Made by a program: the position numbers and the translations under genes. Below the pieces are notes generated by a model. That model saw only the letters and a program-made list of their open reading frames with translations, made no database searches and was not told where the DNA came from. From an uncultured Nitrospina sp. (lineage in GTDB: Bacteria > Nitrospinota > Nitrospinia > Nitrospinales > VA-1): a stretch of DNA of 64,000 bases. This document shows, in pieces, positions 53,267 to 62,882 of this stretch. Numbering within the stretch: position 1 is the stretch's first letter; each line of letters starts with the position of its first letter. Where the stretch lies: contig CAJWQP010000004.1 of the NCBI GenBank assembly GCA_913045445.1, positions 1,402-65,401 on the forward strand, read 5' to 3'.

Positions 53267-53665
53267 ATGTCTTATTGCCCAGAGTGTAGGGGGGAGTTTC
53301 GTTCAGAGATGGCGACCTGTCCGGAATGCGAGGTGACTCTTCAGGAAAAGCTGGCTGATGATCCGGTTAAAGAAGAAACTCTTGGAGTTGCGTTGACGGT
53401 GACTCAGGAGGAGAATGCTTATATCATTCGCGGTTTTCTGGAGAGTGAGGGCATACCCTGTCAGTTGGAGAACGTTTCATTTCATGCGGGTCCTGCGCCT
53501 GTGGGAGAGTTGACGAAGGTGCGGTTGTGGACTAAAAAAGAAGATGTCGAATTTGTTCGCCATTTGGTTGAGGATCACGAAAATTTTGCCACGTGTTCTG
53601 ACTGCGGACATGTTGCTTCGGCTGAGGACACGACCTGTGATTTTTGCGGTGGAGAGTTTGATTAG
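53267..53665 (+). CDS. DUF2007-like protein flanked by two CxxC...CxxC zinc-ribbon motifs
   Basis: The ATG at 53267 gives [21 protein letters not shown]. The central part [19 protein letters not shown] resembles the DUF2007 fold motif. The C-terminus is [19 protein letters not shown]. Confidence 0.6.
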   Translation: MSYCPECRGEFRSEMATCPECEVTLQEKLADDPVKEETLGVALTVTQEENAYIIRGFLESEGIPCQLENVSFHAGPAPVGELTKVRLWTKKEDVEFVRHLVEDHENFATCSDCGHVASAEDTTCDFCGGEFD

Positions 53666-54384
53666 GTGCTGGTACTTCCTGTTCCAATTCCAATCGTCCC
53701 GTTAGCTGAAGAAGCGAAAGCGGAAGATGAACCAGAGCGCGGCGACACCGTCTTTCCAGTTGATTTTTTTCCTTCCGAGTAGTCCCTGCCGCTGTATGAA
53801 ACGGGAACTTCGTAAATGTGAAGTTTGTTGCGTGCGATTTTGATTGTGAATTCAGGTTCAAAACCAAAGCGGTTGCATTTAAGGGTAATAGAATCGAGGA
53901 CGCTTCTTTTAAAAACCTTATAGCCGGTTTCCATGTCCGACAGGTTCAAATTGGTGAACATATTGGACAAGGTGGTCAGGAGCACATTGCCCAGGTAATG
54001 CCAGAAAAAAAGTACGCGATGCGGCTCTCCTAGAAAACGCAAACCATAGACGACATCGGCACGGCCATCACGTATGGGTTCCAAAAGTGCAGGATAATCT
54101 TTAGGGTCATACTCCAGGTCAGCGTCCTGAATGATTATGATATCGCCTTTTGCTTTGGCGAATCCCGCACGCAGGGCCGCTCCCTTTCCCTTGTTTCCAG
54201 GTTGGTAGACGACTGTATATCCTTCCCGTTCTTCATATTCTTTGAGAAGGTTTCGGGTGCCATCGGTCGAGCCGTCATCAATGATTATGATTTCTTTTTC
54301 CATGTCCATCGCTTTCACGCGACGGGTGACTTCGCAAAGTGTTCCCTTTTCGTTATAAACTGGAATAACGATGGACAGTTTCAC
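53662..54384 (-). CDS. glycosyltransferase family 2 (polyprenol-phosphate glycosyltransferase-like); the reading frame departs from the expected C-terminus at an A7 tract
   Basis: (M)[15 protein letters not shown]...[11 protein letters not shown]...[12 protein letters not shown]. After ...[11 protein letters not shown] the 0 frame gives a Ser/Gly-rich tail. The -1 frame gives [20 protein letters not shown] and a stop at 53702-53704. GTG start. Confidence 0.85.
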   Translation of the reverse strand: MKLSIVIPVYNEKGTLCEVTRRVKAMDMEKEIIIIDDGSTDGTRNLLKEYEEREGYTVVYQPGNKGKGAALRAGFAKAKGDIIIIQDADLEYDPKDYPALLEPIRDGRADVVYGLRFLGEPHRVLFFWHYLGNVLLTTLSNMFTNLNLSDMETGYKVFKRSVLDSITLKCNRFGFEPEFTIKIARNKLHIYEVPVSYSGRDYSEGKKSTGKTVSPRSGSSSAFASSANGTIGIGTGSTST

Positions 54385-54397
54385 GGTGGGTTGAACT

Positions 54398-54577
54398 CTA
54401 GAAAAGGGTGTAAATAAATGGCGCCACAGCGCTTCCCTCTGTCATGACAATGAGCAAGCCCATCATTAGAAGAAGGAACACGATTGGACCCAGCCACCAT
54501 TTCTTGCGGGTCTTTAGAAAATCCCAGAACTCGGAAAGTATGGAAATTTTATTCTCTTGTTTGGTAGGGTCTTCCAC
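54398..54577 (-). CDS. DUF5989-family small membrane protein
   Basis: 59-aa ORF missed by the track. GTG start 5 nt after AGGAG. Translation: (M)[58 protein letters not shown]. The EFWxFLKxRKKWWLxPI...[12 protein letters not shown] pattern is the DUF5989 signature as I recall it. Confidence 0.75.
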   Translation of the reverse strand: MEDPTKQENKISILSEFWDFLKTRKKWWLGPIVFLLLMMGLLIVMTEGSAVAPFIYTLF

Positions 54578-54746
54578 TGAATCTCCTGTGTATATCGCTG
54601 TGGATTTTACATTATTGAGAGTCTAAAGTCCATTGCCTGCCATAGGGTTCACAGGCCACGCTCTAATGGGGGTTGGCAGTTATTTAAAGGAAACCTGCTC
54701 CTCCTGGTTGAATATGTTGCGGAATAGCAATGGAATTTTCAAAGGG

Positions 54747-57197
54747 TCAGGTAGATTCTTTGAAAGTGTACTTACCTCGAACGAAATCGACGACAATTTT
54801 TGTTCCCAACGCAAGTTCACCAGATATTATTTTTAATGAGATCGTGTTTTCTATCTGGTCTTCGATCAGGCGTTTGAGCGGACGCGCCCCGTAAATTTCA
54901 CTGAATCCGTCTTTAGCGAGGCGATCTTTGGCTTTGTTGGAAACTTCTATGCTCAGGTTTTTTTCTTCGAGACGATTGTTGAGGTTATTGATCATCAGAT
55001 CGACTATCTGACGCAGTTCTTCCGGAGTCAGGTGATGAAAGACTATGAGGTCATCAAGTCGGTTAAGAAATTCAGGCTTGAAAAATTTCTTTGATTCGCT
55101 CAGGACCAAATCTCTTGTTTTGCTGTAATCTGTTGTCATTTTATCTGATGAAAATCCAATGGCTGTATTTTTTTCCGAAATGGATTTCGACCCGATATTG
55201 GATGTGCCTATGATGATGGCATTTTTGAAGCTCGTTACTCGCCCGTGCGCATCTGTCAATCGTCCATCGTCAAGTAGCTGAAGCAGGATGTTGAAAACAT
55301 CGGGGTGAGCCTTTTCCAGTTCATCCAGCAGGATGACGGTGTAGGGATTGCGTCGAACTTTTTCTGTGAGCTGTCCTCCCTCGTCATAACCCACATAGCC
55401 GGGTGGTGAACCTATGATTTTTGAAACAGAGTGTTTTTCCATATACTCCGACATATCCAGTCGGATAAGCCTGTTCTCGTCATCCAGCAAAAATTCTGCA
55501 AGGGCTTTGGCGAGTTCTGTTTTGCCGACACCTGTTGGCCCCAGGAAGAGGAATGTCCCGATGGGTTTGTGCTTTTCTTTAAGGCCTGCCCGATTGCGCC
55601 TGATGGCGTTGCTCACAGCAATGATTGCGTTATCTTGACCAATAACCCTTTTATGCAGGTTGTCTTCCATCTGTGTCAGTTTTTCCGCTTCTGTTTCCAT
55701 GATTTTATCGACCGGTATACCCGTCCATGTTGCAACGACTTTGGCAATGTCATCCGGCGTGACAGACACATCAACATCTGCCATATCCGTTCGCCATTGA
55801 TTTTTTTCACTGGCGATGGTTTGCTCAATTTCAAGGATTTCCTGCCTGATTTGTGCGACTTCTTGAAAATTTTGTTCGGTGAAAAGTGCTTTTTGTTTTT
55901 GGAGTAACTCGTTCTTCTTGTTTTCGAGTTTACGAATGACGGGAGGGATGTGGCTTAGCATAAGATGTTTTTCAGACCCCGCTTCATCGAGCAGATCAAC
56001 CGCTTTATCTGGAAGCGCTCGATCGGTGATGTGTTTTTCAGAAAGTTTTGCCGCCGCCTGAAGGGCTTCGTTTTGGAATTTGATAGAGTGATGTTGCTCG
56101 TATTTTAGTTGCAGTCCGGTAAGTATGTTAAGTGTTTCCTCAATGGAAGGCTCCTGAACCAGAATGGGTTGGAACCTGCGGGCAAGAGCTTTGTCTTCTT
56201 CAATATTTTTTTTATATTCATCCAGGGTGGTGGCCCCTATGCATTGGAGTTGTCCTTTTGACAGCGCGGCTTTGAGCATATTGGATGCGTCAACGCCTCC
56301 GGCTCCCGCACCTGCGCTGACGATGGTATGAAGTTCGTCGATGAAAAGAATAATGCTGCCATGAGCAGATATGATTTCATCTTTAACGGCTTTCATACGC
56401 TCTTCAAATTCGCCGCGCATTTTAGCGCCAGCGATTATCTCCGACATCTCCAGCATCTTGACCCGTTTATTCATCAAAGAGTTTGGGACCTCCGCTTTTA
56501 CAATTCGCTGAGCCAGTCCCTCCACGATGACGGTTTTCCCCACACCCGGTTCGCCGATGAGTACCGGGTTATTCTTTTTTCGGCGGGAAAGGATTTGAAT
56601 GATGCGGCGGATTTCTTTTTCTCGTCCGACAACCGGGTCAAGGTCTCCACGTCGGGCCAGGTCGGTCAGGTCGGTGGTGTACTGACCAAGAATATCCAGC
56701 TTGCCCTCGGCATCTTTCTCGTTGATGTTTCTTCCACCACGCATGATTTCAAACTCTTCGCGAACTTTGGAATACTCGAGTCCGAATTTTGCGAGAACAT
56801 CCGAGACGTGCCCCGCACGCTTATCAAATAAAGCAAGGAACATGGAACCAAGGCCGATGAACTTGTCCTCCAGTTTTTTCGATTCCTGAAGAGCGATTTT
56901 GAAGCAAGCTTTTGTTTCGGCAGATAATTGAATTTGCTGGATGGTGTTTCCTTTAAACTTCGCCTGGTTTTCCTGGTCGGCAAATATTTTTTCAAGAATC
57001 TGGATGCTTAGATTCTTGTTTTCCGGGTAAGACGTTTCGATAAGTTTGGAGATCATCGAGCCTTCCTGTTCGAGTAATCCGATCAGGATGAAGTCCGGGG
57101 TGAGGAGGTTCTGGTGCAGGTTTACCATTTCGACCGATCCTACATTCAAGGCTTCAATAACCTTATCTGTGAAATAGCGAATGTACTGCTGTAACAT
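54747..57197 (-). CDS. clpC: ATP-dependent Clp protease ATP-binding subunit, ClpC-type
   Basis: 816 aa. It has a Clp_N repeat N-terminus, two AAA modules (GEPGVGKT, GPTGVGKTELAKALA), a short UVR-like middle region and an AIGF loop. It is too short in the M-domain for ClpB. Confidence 0.9.
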   Translation of the reverse strand: MLQQYIRYFTDKVIEALNVGSVEMVNLHQNLLTPDFILIGLLEQEGSMISKLIETSYPENKNLSIQILEKIFADQENQAKFKGNTIQQIQLSAETKACFKIALQESKKLEDKFIGLGSMFLALFDKRAGHVSDVLAKFGLEYSKVREEFEIMRGGRNINEKDAEGKLDILGQYTTDLTDLARRGDLDPVVGREKEIRRIIQILSRRKKNNPVLIGEPGVGKTVIVEGLAQRIVKAEVPNSLMNKRVKMLEMSEIIAGAKMRGEFEERMKAVKDEIISAHGSIILFIDELHTIVSAGAGAGGVDASNMLKAALSKGQLQCIGATTLDEYKKNIEEDKALARRFQPILVQEPSIEETLNILTGLQLKYEQHHSIKFQNEALQAAAKLSEKHITDRALPDKAVDLLDEAGSEKHLMLSHIPPVIRKLENKKNELLQKQKALFTEQNFQEVAQIRQEILEIEQTIASEKNQWRTDMADVDVSVTPDDIAKVVATWTGIPVDKIMETEAEKLTQMEDNLHKRVIGQDNAIIAVSNAIRRNRAGLKEKHKPIGTFLFLGPTGVGKTELAKALAEFLLDDENRLIRLDMSEYMEKHSVSKIIGSPPGYVGYDEGGQLTEKVRRNPYTVILLDELEKAHPDVFNILLQLLDDGRLTDAHGRVTSFKNAIIIGTSNIGSKSISEKNTAIGFSSDKMTTDYSKTRDLVLSESKKFFKPEFLNRLDDLIVFHHLTPEELRQIVDLMINNLNNRLEEKNLSIEVSNKAKDRLAKDGFSEIYGARPLKRLIEDQIENTISLKIISGELALGTKIVVDFVRGKYTFKEST

Positions 57198-57201
57198 GAC
57201 C

Positions 57202-58143
57202 TCAGGATTCTCCTAACAAAACATTGACATGCTCGTGAACGGACTCAGCCAGGGCTGTATGATTGTATCCGCCTTCCAGCATGGACAGGAGTCTGCCACC
57301 GCAAACTTCTTTAGCTACTTTTAGTATCATCGCAGTCATTTTACCATAACCTTCCGAAGAAACTCTCATTTGTCCGAGCGGGTCGTCTGCATGCGCGTCG
57401 AATCCGGCGGAAATGATAATCAGGTCGGGTTTGTAACTTTGAATTTCTGGTATAAGTTTATTTTCTATTATATCCAGATAGGTCTGGTCGCCGTTAAAAG
57501 CATCGAGAGGAAAATTGAGCGTTGAACCCAGGCCATCCCCGGTTCCCGTTTCATCTTTGTTCCCGGTACCTGGATAAAACGGATACTGGTGGGTACTGCT
57601 ATAATAGACGGATGGGTCAGAGTAAAAAGAATTTTGCGTTCCGTTGCCATGATGGACGTCCCAGTCAAAAATGAATACCCGGTTGAGTCTGTGTTCTTTA
57701 ATCGCGTAACGAGCGGCGACCGCGACATTGTTGAACAGGCAGAATCCCATCGCCCGATCTTTTTCGGCATGGTGTCCCGGTGGGCGGACTGCTGTGAACG
57801 CATTATCCACTTGCCCTGTTATAATCTGGTCAACAGCAGTTATGCCAGCGCCCGCACTGAGAAGTGCGGCGTCCCAGGAATCAGGGCAAATAACTGTGTC
57901 GCCGTCCAGATTGCGTGTCCCATTTTGGCAACTGTCGCGCACATGGTCGATGTGGCCGGAGTCATGGTTGGCGGCAAGCTCATCATCGGTGGCACGTCTC
58001 GGTTCCGGAAAAATCAGATGTGGATGTATTTTAGAGGATTCGATTTTTCTTTGTATGGCTTCCAGTCGACCGGGATTTTCTGGATGCGGTTCGGTATCGT
58101 GTTTCAGATATTGAGGATGAGAAATGAATCCAGTTTTGTTCAT
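57202..58143 (-). CDS. histone deacetylase-family protein (AcuC/acetylpolyamine amidohydrolase-like)
   Basis: Motifs RPPGHHAEKDRAMGFCLFNNVAVAA, DWDVHHGNGTQ, SAGFDAH and EGGY. The ATG at 58143 (MNKTGFISHPQYLKHD) is preferred; the ORF is open to a GTG at 58206. Confidence 0.88.
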   Translation of the reverse strand: MNKTGFISHPQYLKHDTEPHPENPGRLEAIQRKIESSKIHPHLIFPEPRRATDDELAANHDSGHIDHVRDSCQNGTRNLDGDTVICPDSWDAALLSAGAGITAVDQIITGQVDNAFTAVRPPGHHAEKDRAMGFCLFNNVAVAARYAIKEHRLNRVFIFDWDVHHGNGTQNSFYSDPSVYYSSTHQYPFYPGTGNKDETGTGDGLGSTLNFPLDAFNGDQTYLDIIENKLIPEIQSYKPDLIIISAGFDAHADDPLGQMRVSSEGYGKMTAMILKVAKEVCGGRLLSMLEGGYNHTALAESVHEHVNVLLGES

Positions 58144-58356
58144 GGGATTGTATATAGTGTCGCCCTGAGCTAGTGGTATTTGACCTTTGCACTGGCTATC
58201 CAGCACGAGCCTTTTTGCCCCGAAGGGGTATGTCGAAGGGTGTACTTGGACAGGCTCAGTACGCCAGATTTGTAATAAAGTTTCCGATAATCAAATTATA
58301 GTGTGAATAGGGACCAAAGTCCATGACCACTAAAAGCAGACTTGAAAATTTGCGCC

Positions 58357-59484
58357 ATGTCGTCAATTAAAGAAAAAACCCTGCATATAGAACGTTTCTC
58401 ACGCGAATTGGGATTCGATGGTTTCGGTGTGACTGAACCGGGAACGGGCAAGTCTGCGGAAAGGTATAAAGAGTGGCTCAATCAGGGCTATGAAGGTGAA
58501 ATGACCTACCTGAGCCGCAATGTGGAAAAGCGATCTGATATGAATTTGATCGTTTCCGGTGTGAAGTCGGTTGTCTGCTTGCGAACAAATTACCTCACTG
58601 CCGACAAGGACATGGCATTTACCCATGATGTCAACCGGGGTGACATTTCGCTCTACGCGCTCAATGAAGATTATCATGATGTGTTGGCCCAACGGCATCG
58701 CGCTTTGGAACAGAAAATCAAGGAAGAGTTTGATGGGTGCCAGACCAAAGTTTACATCGATACCGGTCCCGTTCTGGAAAAACCGCTGGCACAGAATGCG
58801 GGGCTGGGATGGATTGGTAAACACACAAATTTGATCACCGAGGGGGCGGGCTCCTGGTATTTTCTTTCTGAAATTCTGGTGGATGCCGTGTTGGAAACTT
58901 CGGAACCCGCGTTGGACCATTGTGGAACTTGCGGAAGTTGTATCGATATCTGCCCCACGAACGCGATAGTGGCTCCTTATGTTCTGGATTCGCGGAAATG
59001 TATTTCTTATCTGACCATCGAGTTGAAAGGTGTGATTCCGCTGGAGTTCAGGAAAGCCATGGGCAACCATATTTATGGATGCGATGACTGTCAGATCGTT
59101 TGTCCGTGGAATTCGTTCGCGGTGAAGACCGATGAAGAGGCGTTTCATGAGCGAACGGAAACCCGCCAGCTCATTGAGCTACTATGTATGGATGATGAGG
59201 CATTCCGCAAACGGTTCAGGAAGAGTCCGGTCAAGCGGACCAAGCGTAGAGGGTTGTTGAGAAATGTGGCGGTGGCTCTCGGAAACTCTGGGAATCCCTC
59301 TACCGTCGCCCCGCTGACAGACGCGCTTGCCGATCATGAACCGCTCATTCGCGCCCACTCTGTGTGGGCCCTGGGCGAACTGCTTGGCGCACAGGCCCTG
59401 GCAGTTCTTGACGCGAATCTGGCGGACGAAACGGAAGATTGGGTCATCAACGAGATTCGGCTGGTACGTGAGGCTTATAGTTGA
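58357..59484 (+). CDS. queG: tRNA epoxyqueuosine(34) reductase
   Basis: Contains GEMTYLSRN, two 4Fe-4S motifs (CGTCGSCIDICP, CDDCQIVCPWN) and a C-terminal HEAT-like repeat (LADHEPLIRAHSVWALGEL). The track start TTG at 58342 is 5 codons upstream. Confidence 0.9.
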   Translation: MSSIKEKTLHIERFSRELGFDGFGVTEPGTGKSAERYKEWLNQGYEGEMTYLSRNVEKRSDMNLIVSGVKSVVCLRTNYLTADKDMAFTHDVNRGDISLYALNEDYHDVLAQRHRALEQKIKEEFDGCQTKVYIDTGPVLEKPLAQNAGLGWIGKHTNLITEGAGSWYFLSEILVDAVLETSEPALDHCGTCGSCIDICPTNAIVAPYVLDSRKCISYLTIELKGVIPLEFRKAMGNHIYGCDDCQIVCPWNSFAVKTDEEAFHERTETRQLIELLCMDDEAFRKRFRKSPVKRTKRRGLLRNVAVALGNSGNPSTVAPLTDALADHEPLIRAHSVWALGELLGAQALAVLDANLADETEDWVINEIRLVREAYS

Positions 59485-59503
59485 CGGGAGCAGTAAAAAG
59501 CAA

Positions 59504-59532
59504 TTGCGTATCGCCGGTCACCTGCCTATAAT
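59504..59532 (+). promoter_or_regulatory. candidate sigma70-type promoter of hemE-hemH
   Basis: TTGCGT (59504-59509), a 17-nt spacer, then a perfect TATAAT (59527-59532). It ends 35 nt upstream of the hemE ATG. Confidence 0.5.
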
Positions 59533-59566
59533 CAACGGATTATTCCACCCCATTTATAAGAGAAAC

Positions 59567-60607
59567 ATGACACAAGAAAACGAATTTAGGTTTTTGAAGG
59601 CATGCCGTGGCGAAGCCACCGATGTAACCCCCATCTGGTTTATGCGTCAGGCGGGACGCTATATGAAAGCTTACCGCGACCTCAAGGAGAAATACACGTT
59701 TCTGGAAATGTGTAAAAATCCGGAACTCGCCGCAGAGGTTACCCTGCAACCGCTGGATGTTCTGGGCGTTGACGCGGCGATCATCTTCGCAGACATCCTG
59801 TTGCCGCTTGAGCCGATGGGAACCGGGCTGGAGTTTACGGCTGGGGATGGACCCGTCATTCCGCGTCCGGTCAAAGGTATGAAGGATATTGAAAATCTGC
59901 GCCCGGTCAATGCTGAGGAAGATCTAGGATTTGTCGGCGATGCGATTCATGAAGTGCGAAAGCAGATTTCCGGGAAAATGCCACTCATCGGATTTGCCGG
60001 CGCTCCGTTTACCTTGTGCAGTTACATGATCGAAGGAGGCAAGTCGAGAGATTTTAAAGACACCAAGCTTATGATGTTTGAAGCGCCTGAGATGTGGGAT
60101 TTGTTGATGGACAAGGTATGCACCATGCTAATCGATTATCTGAAGATGCAGGTCAAGGCGGGAGCGCAGGCTTTGCAGATTTTTGACAGTTGGGTCGGAT
60201 GCATGAGTCCGCAGGATTACGAAAAATATATTCTGCCACACACTAAAAGGATTATCAGCGGACTGAAAGACACGGGTGTGCCGGTGATCAATTTCAGCAC
60301 GGGAACCTCAACGCTTTTAAATATTGTTTCCAAAGCGGGTGGCGATGTTGTCAGTTTTGATTGGCGAATCAACCTTGATGACGCGTGGGACCAGATTGGG
60401 CATGACCGTGCGATCCAGGGCAATCTCGATCCGGTACTTCTGTTCGCGCCCATACCTGTCATCCGTGAGCGGGTGATGGATGTTATGAAGCGGGCGAATG
60501 GGCGACCTGGCCATATCTTCAATCTCGGACACGGCATTCTGCAACACACACCAGTGGACCACGTTAAAGCAGTAGTCGATATGGTCCACGAATATAGCAA
60601 TGAGTGA
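59567..60607 (+). CDS. hemE: uroporphyrinogen decarboxylase
   Basis: The ATG at 59567 gives MTQENEFRFLKACRGEATDVTPIWFMRQAGRYMKAYR, a canonical HemE N-terminus. Also QIFDSW and NLGHGI. The track start at 59327 overlaps queG. Confidence 0.96.
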   Translation: MTQENEFRFLKACRGEATDVTPIWFMRQAGRYMKAYRDLKEKYTFLEMCKNPELAAEVTLQPLDVLGVDAAIIFADILLPLEPMGTGLEFTAGDGPVIPRPVKGMKDIENLRPVNAEEDLGFVGDAIHEVRKQISGKMPLIGFAGAPFTLCSYMIEGGKSRDFKDTKLMMFEAPEMWDLLMDKVCTMLIDYLKMQVKAGAQALQIFDSWVGCMSPQDYEKYILPHTKRIISGLKDTGVPVINFSTGTSTLLNIVSKAGGDVVSFDWRINLDDAWDQIGHDRAIQGNLDPVLLFAPIPVIRERVMDVMKRANGRPGHIFNLGHGILQHTPVDHVKAVVDMVHEYSNE

Positions 60608-61541
60608 AAGCTTTCAATCCACCGGTAAAACGGCGGTCATCCTCATGGCTCACGGCGCACCCACCTGCGTCGATGACATTCCTCTTTACCTGAAAAATAT
60701 TCGCAGTGGCACCGAATCCTCTCCCGAAGTCATCCAGATAATTCGCGACCGCTACGAAGCCATCGGCGGCAGTTCCCCCTTGCTGGAAATCACCACGGGA
60801 CAAGCCGCGGAATTGGAGAAATTTCTCAATCAGGATGGAGGAAACTTTAAAGTTTATATCGGGATGAGAAACTGGAGTCCATATATCAGAGATGCCGTCA
60901 AGCAAATGGTGGCAGACGGTGTCGAGCGGGTCCTTGCTATGTGCCTTGCCCCTCAGTACAGTACCTGGAGCACCAAACTTTATTTCAACGCGCTCAACAA
61001 CGCGTTGGACGAACATTCAGCAGGATCCCTGCCGGTTCAGTTCATAGGGACCTGGGCGAATCAGCCCAGCCTCATTGATGCGTTTGTGGATCGGTATGAC
61101 AGCGCCATGGAAAAAATGCGCGCGCAGGGACACGACAAGGTCCACACTATTTTCACCGTTCACAGTATTCCCGCCGAATCGCTTGAGTACGGCGATTTTT
61201 ATGATAAAGAATACGACAGCACAGTTAAAGCGATTGTAGAGCGCGTCAAACCCTTCCGCTGGTATCAGGCTTATCAGAGTCAGGGAATGATCCCGGTCCC
61301 CTGGCTGGGTCCGACTGTGGAAGACACCCTCGACCGTATCGCCCGCCTCGGTTCCAAACCCGTTCTTATTGTTCCAGTCGGTTTCGTCTGCGACCACATC
61401 GAAATTTTATATGATATCGATATTGAATTCACCAAACACGCAGAATCCAAAAAGTTAAAACTGTTCCGCACCGAGTCACTCAACCACTCACCTCTTTTCA
61501 TAGAAGCTCTCGCCTCTGTCGTATGGGAGCATTTGGTTTAG
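60600..61541 (+). CDS. hemH: ferrochelatase
   Basis: Motifs AVILMAHGAP, FTVHSIP and PVGFVCDHIEILYDID. It overlaps the hemE end by 8 nt. Confidence 0.93.
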   Translation: MSESFQSTGKTAVILMAHGAPTCVDDIPLYLKNIRSGTESSPEVIQIIRDRYEAIGGSSPLLEITTGQAAELEKFLNQDGGNFKVYIGMRNWSPYIRDAVKQMVADGVERVLAMCLAPQYSTWSTKLYFNALNNALDEHSAGSLPVQFIGTWANQPSLIDAFVDRYDSAMEKMRAQGHDKVHTIFTVHSIPAESLEYGDFYDKEYDSTVKAIVERVKPFRWYQAYQSQGMIPVPWLGPTVEDTLDRIARLGSKPVLIVPVGFVCDHIEILYDIDIEFTKHAESKKLKLFRTESLNHSPLFIEALASVVWEHLV

Positions 61542-61681
61542 CATTTCATGAGTGTCACTCCTCTTTTAGATAAAAATTTCTTAATTTAATTTTAATCTAC
61601 CTTTAATTCAGATTGCGGATCGCGATGTTATTCTTTTTTACACGCAAAATTTGTTTGTCTAATTTATTGAGGAAAATTGTA

Positions 61682-62848
61682 ATGAAGAATGTACGTATCT
61701 GGATCAAAAGTAGTCTGTTGCTTGTGGCAATTCTAGCGGTGGTTTTTGTAATGGCTGGTTCCGGCGCGGCGAACTCTGGCATTGCCAGCGTGGGAAAACT
61801 GTGGACTGAGAAATCGGCTGTCACCAGTTCAAAAATTTCTCCGATGGGGGGGACATTGTTCCGTAATCTGGCAGAGCAGTTGAGTCCGGCTGTGGTGAAT
61901 GTACGGTCTTTGAAAAAAGTCACTCGAATGTACGGTGATTTTCCTTTTGCACCACCGTTTGGGATTCCTCCACAAATGAGACCTCATGGCATGAACCCCA
62001 AGGGCCCTGACAAGTTCCGGCAACGGGGTGAAGGATCGGGATTCATCATTCATGAAGATGGTTATATTTTGACCAATGCGCATGTGGTTGAGGGATCAGA
62101 TTCTGTACAGATTGCGTTATCCAGTGGTGGACTGTTCAAGGGCAAGTTGGTTGGGCTGGACCGCGTGGCGGATCTGGCTCTCATCAAGATAGACGCGCCT
62201 GTTCCGCTGCCGGTGCTCCCACTTGGGAAGTCGGCAGATATGAAGCCGGGCGACTGGGTGATGGCTATTGGGAGTCCGTTTGGACTGGACCTCACGGTGA
62301 CTGTGGGTATCGTGAGCGCGAAAGGCCGGTCGCTAGGCGCGACGCCTTATGATGACTTCATTCAAACCGATACACCGATCAATCCGGGCAACAGTGGTGG
62401 TCCTCTCATCAACACTCAGGGCGAAGTGGTGGGCATCAACACGGCTGTCTTGCAGATGGGGCAGGGGCTAGGTTTCTCACTGCCCATCGACCTGGCGAAA
62501 AAACTGGTGCCTCAGCTTAAGGCGAATGGCAAGGTGACTCGCAGTTGGCTTGGGGTGTCGGTGCAGGATATCACCCTGGCGAATAAGGAATCGCTGAACC
62601 TGATGGTTGACCGGGGGTCGCTGGTCAGGGAGGTGGTTGCGGATAGTCCGGCTTACAAGGCGGGACTGAAAAAGAACGATGTGATCGTTGAGTTCGACGG
62701 TCAGGTGATCAGCAGTTCGAGAAAACTTCCCAAGGAGGTCGTTTATGCTCCCGCAGGTGAAAAGGTATCTCTGACGTTGGTGCGCGGAGGAGAAACTTTG
62801 TCAATAAATGTGATTCTCGAACCTTTTCCAGAGCAAGTGATGAGTTAG
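61682..62848 (+). CDS. htrA: HtrA/DegP-family periplasmic serine protease with one PDZ domain
   Basis: Signal/TM segment MKNVRIWIKSSLLLVAILAVVFVMA. The triad context is TNAHVVEG, DLALIK, GNSGGPL. The C-terminus is PDZ-like. The track start at 61613 is 23 codons upstream. Confidence 0.9.
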   Translation: MKNVRIWIKSSLLLVAILAVVFVMAGSGAANSGIASVGKLWTEKSAVTSSKISPMGGTLFRNLAEQLSPAVVNVRSLKKVTRMYGDFPFAPPFGIPPQMRPHGMNPKGPDKFRQRGEGSGFIIHEDGYILTNAHVVEGSDSVQIALSSGGLFKGKLVGLDRVADLALIKIDAPVPLPVLPLGKSADMKPGDWVMAIGSPFGLDLTVTVGIVSAKGRSLGATPYDDFIQTDTPINPGNSGGPLINTQGEVVGINTAVLQMGQGLGFSLPIDLAKKLVPQLKANGKVTRSWLGVSVQDITLANKESLNLMVDRGSLVREVVADSPAYKAGLKKNDVIVEFDGQVISSSRKLPKEVVYAPAGEKVSLTLVRGGETLSINVILEPFPEQVMS

Positions 62849-62882
62849 CTTGGATAGGGGTATGAACCAAAAGGCAAAGAAT

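Noticed and set aside
59327-59566. 80-codon N-terminal extension of the hemE ORF; similar upstream extensions of rpsL, fusA, rpsC, rplE, rplF, murA, htrA and queG
   Set aside because: The extensions overlap the preceding gene or lack conservation. Internal starts reproduce the canonical N-termini of each family.
61542-61681. Sigma-E-type promoter upstream of htrA
   Set aside because: I looked for a GGAACTT-N16-TCNAA-like motif and found none. The AT-rich gap has only weak sigma70-like matches, one of which overlaps the start codon.
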